Below are positions 57,163-64,000 of a DNA stretch of 64,000 bases, piece by piece; positions within the stretch are counted from its first letter, which is position 1; every line of letters starts with the position of its first letter. The stretch spans positions 152,589 to 216,588 of the forward strand of contig PLCF01000085.1 in the NCBI GenBank assembly GCA_003135555.1, in the 5' to 3' direction. Origin of the DNA: Vulcanimicrobiota bacterium (GTDB lineage: Bacteria > Vulcanimicrobiota > Vulcanimicrobiia > Vulcanimicrobiales > Vulcanimicrobiaceae). Both the position numbers and the translations under genes were made by a program. The notes below the pieces were generated by a model. The model had not been told where the DNA came from, made no database searches, and worked only from the letters and a program-made list of their open reading frames with translations.

Positions 57163-58224
57163 TCAGCGCCGCTGCCAAGCCGCTGGATAATGAAGCTGCG
57201 GATCGCGGTGATGGAGCAGCTTCGGGCTGACCCCGGGGACGATTCGGAACAGCGGGTCGTCGAGCACCGCCGCATCCTTGAGCGCGAGCATGTTGAAGCC
57301 GTGCGGCGGGCCCCCCAGAAACGCCGAGTCGGGCGGCACCAGCTCGACCGGCAGGTCGCGCATCGCGACGTGCGATTGAAAGTCGCGCACCGCGTACAGC
57401 CCGTAGCCGCACTCCTCGAGATAGCGTGCGATCTCCGTCGCGCGCAGCCCGGCGGACCAATCGACGTACGAGCGGTGGATCTCGAACACGACGTGCGGCG
57501 CGTCGGGGCGCTCCAACAACGCGCGGGCGCCGCGCAGCGCGTGCAGCTCGCTGCCTTCGATGTCGAGCATCACCAGCCCGACGGAGTCCAGCCGTTCGCG
57601 CGCGCAGTACGCGTCGATGGTGGTCACCGCGATCGCTCCGGCCGCGCTGGGTTCGGTGCGCGCGAGCTCGTCGGCGCCGGCGAACTTCAGCCGCGTGCTC
57701 TCGTCGTCCCACAGTCCCAGCGCGATCCCGCGCACGTTGGTCAGCCCGTTGCGCCGCGCGTTCTCCTCCAGCATCGCGAGTTGGCGTGCGTTGGGCTCGA
57801 AGGCGTGCACCGTGCCGCCGGACGGCGCGAGCGCCGCCGCGATCAGGACGGCGTGGTCGCCCGAGTACGCGCCGCCGACGATCACGTTGCGCGCCCCCGC
57901 CGCGAGGTGGAGCAGCAGCTTGGTGGTCTGCGGTTCGAAGACGTGGTCGGGATGCTCTTCGGCCCGCATGGCGAGGTCGCGTGCGATTTGACCGCTGTAG
58001 AGCGCGCTGAACGTCAACCCGTCCGCGAGCTGAACCTCGACGCGTTCGACGCCGGCGTGCAGCGCGTCGACGATCGGACCGGTGATCTCGGTGCGCACGT
58101 TTTGGCCGGGCTGGGCCAGCAGCGGCTCGACGTCGCGAAGCGTCGCGGTGAGTGCCGCGCGAGCCTCGGCGTTGGCCCCGAGCGCACGTAACGCGCGCAC
58201 GACTGCGGCAGGTTCTACATTCAT
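57163..58224 (-). CDS. FkbM-family methyltransferase
   Basis: 'GGAYSGD', 'HAFEPN', 'TIDAY', 'MLDIEGSEL.AL.GA'. Confidence 0.8.
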   Translation of the reverse strand: MNVEPAAVVRALRALGANAEARAALTATLRDVEPLLAQPGQNVRTEITGPIVDALHAGVERVEVQLADGLTFSALYSGQIARDLAMRAEEHPDHVFEPQTTKLLLHLAAGARNVIVGGAYSGDHAVLIAAALAPSGGTVHAFEPNARQLAMLEENARRNGLTNVRGIALGLWDDESTRLKFAGADELARTEPSAAGAIAVTTIDAYCARERLDSVGLVMLDIEGSELHALRGARALLERPDAPHVVFEIHRSYVDWSAGLRATEIARYLEECGYGLYAVRDFQSHVAMRDLPVELVPPDSAFLGGPPHGFNMLALKDAAVLDDPLFRIVPGVSPKLLHHRDPQLHYPAAWQRR

Positions 58225-58290
58225 GGTCGCGCCTGCCGTACGGGCCTGCAGCGCGCGGGTCCTTCCGCGGTGTTTCGCGGGGAGGTAAGC

Positions 58291-59115
58291 ATGCCGGACG
58301 TGTCGATCCTACTGGCGGTGAAGGTTGTGATCCTTGCCGGGGGACTCGGGACCCGAATGGGTGACGAGACGCTGGTGCGGCCCAAACCGCTCATCGAGAT
58401 CGGCGGACACCCGATCCTGTGGCACCTCATGAACGTCTATGCGGCGTACGGTTTCGATGAGTTCGTGCTGGCCCTGGGATACCGGGGCGATTTGATCAAG
58501 GACTACTTCCTCAACTTCGAAGCCCGCAACAGCGATTTGACGATCGATCTCGGCAGCGGCGCGGTCGAGGTGCTCGAGCGGCGCCATCCACGCTGGAAGG
58601 TCCATCTCATCGACACCGGCCTCGACACCCAGACGGGCGGACGGCTCCTTCGCCTGCGCGAGCTGATCGGCGAGCAGCGCTTCATGTTGACGTACGGTGA
58701 CGGGCTCGCCAGCGTCGACGTGCGGGCGCTCGTGCAAGCGCACGAGTCGCGCGGGGCGCGTGCGACGTTGACGGCGGTCCGGCCGCCGGCGCGGTTCGGC
58801 AACATTCGTTTGGCTCACGACGGTGCCCGGATCGAAGACTTCACCGAAAAGCCGCAGACCGACGCGGGCTGGATCAACGGCGGTTTCTTCGTGTTCGAGC
58901 CGGCGATCTTCGACTACATCGACGGCGATGCGACGGCGCTGGAACGCGAGCCGCTCGAACGGCTGGCCGCCGACGGCGGGCTATACGCGTTTCGCCATGA
59001 AGGCTTCTGGCAGCCGATGGATACGCTGCGCGAGCGCCGTCTGCTCGAAGAGCTGTGGGACTCGGGGCGCGCGCCCTGGAACGTCTGGAACGACCTGCCC
59101 TCGCCCACGGCGTGA
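58291..59115 (+). CDS. rfbF: Glucose-1-phosphate cytidylyltransferase
   Basis: 'KVVILAGGLGTR..ET..RPKP..EIG..PILWH', 'DTG..TQTGGRL', 'WINGGFFV', 'FWQPMDTLRE'. ATG follows GGAGG; alternative GTG start at 58318. Confidence 0.95.
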   Translation: MPDVSILLAVKVVILAGGLGTRMGDETLVRPKPLIEIGGHPILWHLMNVYAAYGFDEFVLALGYRGDLIKDYFLNFEARNSDLTIDLGSGAVEVLERRHPRWKVHLIDTGLDTQTGGRLLRLRELIGEQRFMLTYGDGLASVDVRALVQAHESRGARATLTAVRPPARFGNIRLAHDGARIEDFTEKPQTDAGWINGGFFVFEPAIFDYIDGDATALEREPLERLAADGGLYAFRHEGFWQPMDTLRERRLLEELWDSGRAPWNVWNDLPSPTA

Positions 59116-59137
59116 CGGCGCGCCGGCCGAAGCGCTC

Positions 59138-60256
59138 GTGCTGATCTCCGCATTCGATTTCCGCCACAATGCGATAGGATTCTTGCGTCTTGCGTTCGCT
59201 GCGCTGGTGGTCTTCTCGCACGCTTTCACGCTGGGCGGGTTCGGCGACGACCCGGTCAGCCGCTGGAGCGGCGAGCACGAGGACTTGGGCAACATCGCGG
59301 TCGCCGGGTTCTTCGTGCTTAGCGGGTTTCTCATCACCCGCAGCGCGGAGCGCGCCCGCACGGTGCCGCGTTTCTTGTGGCACCGGTTCTTGCGCATCTT
59401 CCCAGCCTTCTGGGTGTGTCTCGTCGTTACCGCGCTCGTGCTCGCGCCGGTCGTCGCGCTGCTCGAAGGCCGCAGCCTTGCGGGATACGTCGCCGCTGCC
59501 GGCGATTCGCCGTGGCGGTACCTCGTGGTGAACGCCGATCTGACGATGCGCCAATACGGGGTCGCCGGGTTGTTGTCGCAGGTGCCGTATCCGCGCGCCT
59601 TCGACGGCTCGCTGTGGACCCTGCGGTTCGAGTTCGGTTGTTATCTCGCCGTCGCGGTGCTGGCCGCGGTCGGACTCGTACGCCGCAGGCGCTCGGTCGT
59701 CGCGGCGCTGACGGCCGCCCTCTATCTGGCCTACGCGGTTCCGGTCGCGCTCGACGGCGTCGTGAAGCTGCCGTTTCCGTTCGACGTCGTGGTGCGCGGC
59801 AACGACCGCCTCGTCGCCGAGTTGATCGTGTACTTCTTCGCCGGCGCAACGGCGTATCTGTACCGCGACCGGATCCGCTTGACACGCGCGCTGGGCATCG
59901 CGGGCGTGGTGATCTCCGCGGTGGCCCTGCACTACCCGATCTACGGGCTGGTCCTGCCGATCGGCTTCAGCGCGGCGACGCTGTGGCTGGCGGCGGAGCT
60001 TCCGTTGCGCGACGTCGACCGGCGCTTCGACCTGTCGTACGGGTTGTACATCTACGCGTTTCCGTTGCAGCAGATCGCGGCCGAGTGCGGTTTGTCGCGG
60101 CTCGGCGTCGCGGTCTCCACCGCCGTGCCACTCGCCGGTGCGCTGGCGATGGCCGCGGGGAGCTGGGTGCTCGTCGAGCGTCCGGCGCTCGCGCTCAAGG
60201 AAGCGACGCCGCCGGCGTTGCGCTGGTTGCTCGAGCCGCGGCGGGCGCGCCCGTGA
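59138..60256 (+). CDS. Acyltransferase-3 (OafA-like) membrane O-acyltransferase
   Basis: 'LRL.FA.LVVFSH', 'FFVLSGFLI', 'RFLRIFP', 'GSLWTL..E', 'DLSYGLYIYAFP.QQ', 'SW.LVERP'. Confidence 0.9.
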   Translation: MLISAFDFRHNAIGFLRLAFAALVVFSHAFTLGGFGDDPVSRWSGEHEDLGNIAVAGFFVLSGFLITRSAERARTVPRFLWHRFLRIFPAFWVCLVVTALVLAPVVALLEGRSLAGYVAAAGDSPWRYLVVNADLTMRQYGVAGLLSQVPYPRAFDGSLWTLRFEFGCYLAVAVLAAVGLVRRRRSVVAALTAALYLAYAVPVALDGVVKLPFPFDVVVRGNDRLVAELIVYFFAGATAYLYRDRIRLTRALGIAGVVISAVALHYPIYGLVLPIGFSAATLWLAAELPLRDVDRRFDLSYGLYIYAFPLQQIAAECGLSRLGVAVSTAVPLAGALAMAAGSWVLVERPALALKEATPPALRWLLEPRRARP

Positions 60257-61308
60257 CCTGGAGCGGCAAGCGCGTCCTCGTGACCGGCCACACCGGGTTC
60301 AAAGGCGCCTGGCTGGCGTGGTGGTTGTCGCGTTCCGGCGCCGCGGTGACGGGCTACGCCCTGCCGGCCGACGAGGGCCGGCCCAACCTCTTTCGCGCGC
60401 TGCGCCTCGACGCGGCGATCGAATCGGCGCTCGGCGACGTGCGCGACCGCTCCGCCGTCCGGCGGTTCGTCGAGCGGGTCAAGCCCGACGCCGTGTTCCA
60501 CTTGGCCGCGCAGGCGCTGGTGCGGGCGGCCTATGCCGATCCCGCCGGCACGTTCGAGACCAACGTGGCCGGTACGGCGGCGCTGCTCGACGCGGTCCGC
60601 ACCAGCGACTCGGTGCGCGCGGTCGTGGTGGTGACCTCCGACAAGTGTTACTTGCCGCGCAGCTCGGGCGCGCCGTACCGCGAAGACGATCCGCTGGGCG
60701 GCTACGATCCGTACGGCGCGAGCAAGGCGGCGCAGGAGATCGTCGCAGCCGCGTACCGGTCGTCGTACTTCGCCGCCGGCCCGCTGCTGGCGACCGTTCG
60801 CGCGGGGAACGTCATCGGCGGGGGCGACTGGTCCGCCGACCGTCTCGTCCCCGACGCGATCGATGCGCTCCTTGGCAAGGCACCGCTGGTGCTGCGCTAC
60901 CCCGACGCGGTACGGCCGTGGCAGCACGTGCTCGAACCGCTGCATGCCTACCTGGTCGTGGCGGAACGCCTGCTCGGCGGTGATGCCGAAGTCGCGTCGG
61001 CGTTCAACGTCGGCCCGGGCGAGTCAGGGCATCGCACCGTCGCCGAGGTGATCGACCTGCTCTACGCCGCCTGGGGACGCGCACCGGCGTGGGAGCGCGC
61101 CGCCGGCATCCAACCCGCGGAGGCCCCGGTGCTGCGACTCGATGCCGGCAAGGCGGCGCGCGCGTTGAGTATCGTCCCGCGCTTCGGCCTCGAGGTCGCG
61201 TGTCGCCGCACGGCGGAGTGGTACCGCGCATGGTCACAGGGCGCGGATGCGCGCGCGTTGTGCGACGCCGACATCGATGCGTTTGCGGGGCCCGCGTGCA
61301 ACGCTTGA
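60253..61308 (+). CDS. rfbG: CDP-glucose 4,6-dehydratase
   Basis: 'VTGHTGFKG.WL', 'HLAAQALV', 'TSDKCY', 'DPY.ASK', 'RAGNVIGGGDW', 'RPWQHVLEPL'. Confidence 0.95.
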   Translation: MTWSGKRVLVTGHTGFKGAWLAWWLSRSGAAVTGYALPADEGRPNLFRALRLDAAIESALGDVRDRSAVRRFVERVKPDAVFHLAAQALVRAAYADPAGTFETNVAGTAALLDAVRTSDSVRAVVVVTSDKCYLPRSSGAPYREDDPLGGYDPYGASKAAQEIVAAAYRSSYFAAGPLLATVRAGNVIGGGDWSADRLVPDAIDALLGKAPLVLRYPDAVRPWQHVLEPLHAYLVVAERLLGGDAEVASAFNVGPGESGHRTVAEVIDLLYAAWGRAPAWERAAGIQPAEAPVLRLDAGKAARALSIVPRFGLEVACRRTAEWYRAWSQGADARALCDADIDAFAGPACNA

Positions 61309-62528
61309 CCTGCCGAGGCTGCGGCGCCGTGGTGAGCGAGTCGCTGGTCGATCTCGGGATGCAGCCGCTGGCGAACGCCTACATCGCTCCGGAGCACGCC
61401 GCGAGCGCCGAGACGTTCTACCCGTTGCACCCCATGGTGTGCGGGCGGTGCTACTTCGTGCAACTCGGCGTGTTCGAAACGCCGGAGCGCATCTTCGGCG
61501 ACTACGCGTACTTCTCGTCGTTCTCGACCTCGTGGCTCGAGCATAGCCGCGCGCACGTCGAGCGCGCGATCGGCCGGCTCGGCCTGGGCGCCCGCTCGTT
61601 CGTAGTCGAGGTCGGCAGCAACGACGGCTATCTGCTCAAGGCGTTCGTCGAGCGTGACATCCCGGTGCTGGGCGTCGAGCCGGCAGCCAACGTCGCGGAG
61701 GAGGCCCGCCGCAACGGGGTTCCGACGCGGACCGCCTTTTTCGGCGCCGCCGAGGCCGACCGCATCGTCGCGGAGCACGGACGCGCCGCGATGATGATCG
61801 CGAACAACGTGCTGGCGCACGTGCCCGACATCCACGACTTTGTCGAAGGCTTCCGCCGCGTGCTGGCGCCCGAAGGGATAGCGACGTTCGAGTTTCCGCA
61901 CCTGCTGCTGCTGCTCGAGCAGACGGAGTTCGACACGATCTATCACGAGCATTTCAGCTACCTCTCCCTGCTCGCCGTCGAGCCGGTGTTCGCGGCGCAT
62001 GGTTTGCGCGTTGTCGATGCGGAGCGCATCCCGACGCACGGCGGCTCGTTGCGGCTGTGGGTCGGGCACGCGGGAGCGGCCCGCGCGCCGGCACCGGCGG
62101 TCGAGGCGCTGCGAGCGCTCGAGCGCGAGGGCGGCTTGGCCGATCTGCGCACCTACGCCGCGTTCGCGCCGCGGGTCCACGCGATCAAGAACGAGCTCCT
62201 GCGCTTTCTCATCGACGCCGCTGCGAACGGGAAACGCGTCGTAGGCTACGGCGCGGCGGCCAAGGGGAACACGCTGCTCAACTACTGCGGGATACGCAGC
62301 GACCTGGTGCCGTTCGTGGTCGATCGCAACCCGCACAAGCAGGGCTGCTTGCTGCCGGGGAGCCGGCTGCCGGTCGAGGCGGTCGAACGCCTGCGCGAGG
62401 CGCGCCCCGACTACGTGCTGGTCCTGCCCTGGAACCTGACCGCCGAGATCACCGCGCAGATGGCCTTCGTGCGCGGCTGGGGCGGACGCTTTGTGACGGC
62501 GGTTCCACACTTGGCGGTGTTGCCGTGA
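61296..62528 (+). CDS. NDP-hexose C3-methyltransferase (Zn-binding C-methyltransferase)
   Basis: 'C.GC', 'DLG.QPLAN', 'C..C..VQ', 'EVGSNDGYLL', 'NNVLAHVPD', 'FDTIYHEH', 'THGGSLR', 'GYGAAAKGNTLLNY'. Confidence 0.9.
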   Translation: MQRLTCRGCGAVVSESLVDLGMQPLANAYIAPEHAASAETFYPLHPMVCGRCYFVQLGVFETPERIFGDYAYFSSFSTSWLEHSRAHVERAIGRLGLGARSFVVEVGSNDGYLLKAFVERDIPVLGVEPAANVAEEARRNGVPTRTAFFGAAEADRIVAEHGRAAMMIANNVLAHVPDIHDFVEGFRRVLAPEGIATFEFPHLLLLLEQTEFDTIYHEHFSYLSLLAVEPVFAAHGLRVVDAERIPTHGGSLRLWVGHAGAARAPAPAVEALRALEREGGLADLRTYAAFAPRVHAIKNELLRFLIDAAANGKRVVGYGAAAKGNTLLNYCGIRSDLVPFVVDRNPHKQGCLLPGSRLPVEAVERLREARPDYVLVLPWNLTAEITAQMAFVRGWGGRFVTAVPHLAVLP

Positions 62529-63073
62529 CCGTGTCGCCGACGGCGATCCCGGGGCTCGTGGTGATCGACGTCGAGGTCCATCGCGACGAGCGCGGCAGCT
62601 TCGCCCGCGTCTTCGACCGCGAGGTCTTCCGCGCGCACGGGTTGTGCGCGGACTACCCGCAGCACGGGTGGGCGACCAACTCGCAGCGCGGCGTGGTCCG
62701 CGGCCTGCACTATCAGACCGCGCCGTTCGCCGAGCACAAAGTCGTGCGCTGCACGCGGGGAACGGTGTGGGACGTCGTCCTCGACGCGCGCCGCGGCTCC
62801 CCGACCTACGGCCGCTGGGAGGCATTCGAGCTGGACGGCGAACGACCGCGGATGCTCTATCTGTGCGCCGGGCTGGCCCACGGCTACCAGACCCTCAGCG
62901 CCGAGTCCGAGCTGCACTACCTCCTTTCGGCGCCGTATACGCCGGCGCACGCGGCCGGCGTGCACTGGCGCGACGCCCGGCTGGCGATTCCCTGGCCGCT
63001 CCCTGCCACGGTGGTCGGCGCGCGCGACGAGGCGCTTCCGCAACTCGCCGACGCCCCGGATTCCACGCCGTGA
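62525..63073 (+). CDS. rfbC: NDP-4-keto-6-deoxyhexose 3,5-epimerase (RmlC family)
   Basis: 'DERGSFAR', 'GVVRGLHYQ', 'KVVRCTRG..WDV..D.R..SPTYG', 'AHGYQTL'. Confidence 0.85.
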   Translation: MTVSPTAIPGLVVIDVEVHRDERGSFARVFDREVFRAHGLCADYPQHGWATNSQRGVVRGLHYQTAPFAEHKVVRCTRGTVWDVVLDARRGSPTYGRWEAFELDGERPRMLYLCAGLAHGYQTLSAESELHYLLSAPYTPAHAAGVHWRDARLAIPWPLPATVVGARDEALPQLADAPDSTP

Positions 63074-64000
63074 TCGCCTGCGTGATCCCCGCTTACCGCG
63101 CGGGCGGTACCGTCTGCGCGGTCGTGCGCGACGCGCTGCGCCACTGCGACGTGGTCGTGGTGGTGGACGACGCCTGTCCCGACCACAGCGGCGACCTCGT
63201 CGCAGCCGAGTTCGGCGCGAACGACGCGGTGCGGGTGGTGCGCCACGAACGCAACGGCGGCGTGGGGCGCGCCATGAAGTCCGGCTTCGCGGAGTGCATT
63301 CGGATCGGGGCGTCGATCGTCGTCAAGATCGACGCCGACGGGCAGATGGACGTCGGGTACATCCCGCGCGTCGTCGAGCTGTTCGAGGCCGATCCCGATC
63401 TCATCTACGTCAAGGGCAACCGCTTCGCCAACACCGACGTGCTCGGGCGCATGCCGAAGCTGCGCCTCTTCGGCAACGCCATGCTCTCCCTGCTCGTCAA
63501 GTTCAGCTCGGGCTACTGGAACCTGCTCGACCCGACCAACGGCTACATCGCCTTCAACGGGCTGGCGCTGGCCGAGATGGACCTCGAGCAGTTCGCCGAC
63601 TCGTTCTTCTTCGAGATCAGCGTGCTGTGCGCGCTGGGATTGAAGAACGCGCGCATCGCCGAGCTGGAGATGACCACGATCTACGGCGACGAGCAGAGCT
63701 CGCTTTCGATCCGCAAAGTTGCGCTGGAGTTTCCGCCCCGGTTGCTGGGGAGGTTCTTGCGCCGCATCCTGCTGCGCTACTTCGTGTTCGACGTGAACTT
63801 GGGGACGCTGTACCTCGTCTTCGGCACGCTGCTGCTGGTGGGCGCCGGCGGGCTGGGGATCGTCGAATGGATCCAGTCCGCGGTCACCGGGCTACCACGC
63901 TCGACCGGCACCGTGATGCTGGTCGTGCTCCCGTTTCTGATCGGGGTGCAGCTGTTCCTCAACGCGCTGATGTACGACGTGCAGTTCGCGCCGCGTTCGG
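63070..64000 (+). CDS. GT2 DPM-synthase-like glycosyltransferase with C-terminal TM segments (3' truncated; not in the ORF track)
   Basis: GTG overlaps the rfbC stop and the frame is open to the window end. 'VIPAY', 'VDDACPD', 'GGVG.A', 'KIDADGQMD', 'KGNRF', 'DPTNGY'. Confidence 0.85.
   Translation, partial: MIACVIPAYRAGGTVCAVVRDALRHCDVVVVVDDACPDHSGDLVAAEFGANDAVRVVRHERNGGVGRAMKSGFAECIRIGASIVVKIDADGQMDVGYIPRVVELFEADPDLIYVKGNRFANTDVLGRMPKLRLFGNAMLSLLVKFSSGYWNLLDPTNGYIAFNGLALAEMDLEQFADSFFFEISVLCALGLKNARIAELEMTTIYGDEQSSLSIRKVALEFPPRLLGRFLRRILLRYFVFDVNLGTLYLVFGTLLLVGAGGLGIVEWIQSAVTGLPRSTGTVMLVVLPFLIGVQLFLNALMYDVQFAPRS

Overview
High-GC bacterial DNA, almost fully coding. It holds one large mosaic cell-surface glycan locus (about 55 genes), cut off at both ends. 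The locus contains: (i) export and assembly genes (MurJ, an O-antigen ligase-like protein, a Wzx-type flippase, Wzm/Wzt); (ii) nucleotide-sugar pathways (Ugd plus a UDP-GlcA decarboxylase-like enzyme, dTDP-rhamnose genes, a CDP-glucose-derived C-methyl-6-deoxyhexose branch, and a GDP-heptose/octose-type operon with its own transaldolase); (iii) many GT2/GT4 glycosyltransferases, methyltransferases, an acyltransferase and three GT-C-like membrane proteins. A non-glycan block at about 27.3-36.8 kb holds a PLP aminotransferase, an ECF sigma/anti-sigma operon and two paralogous lipoproteins that share a tectonin-like propeller but carry different protease domains. The three most notable observations are: (1) an operon whose enzyme-family set matches the lincosamide GDP-octose pathway, here inside a surface-glycan locus; (2) a 20-bp tandem repeat forming a chain of four ATGA-coupled heptapeptide mini-ORFs between murJ and the ligase gene; (3) the lectin-propeller lipoproteins with swapped proteases, one a sedolisin whose prodomain-like region is C-terminal. 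No rRNA, tRNA, CRISPR array or transposase was recognised. All calls come from reading motifs by eye; no database searches were run, and several start codons were moved from the ORF track using overlaps or RBS positions.
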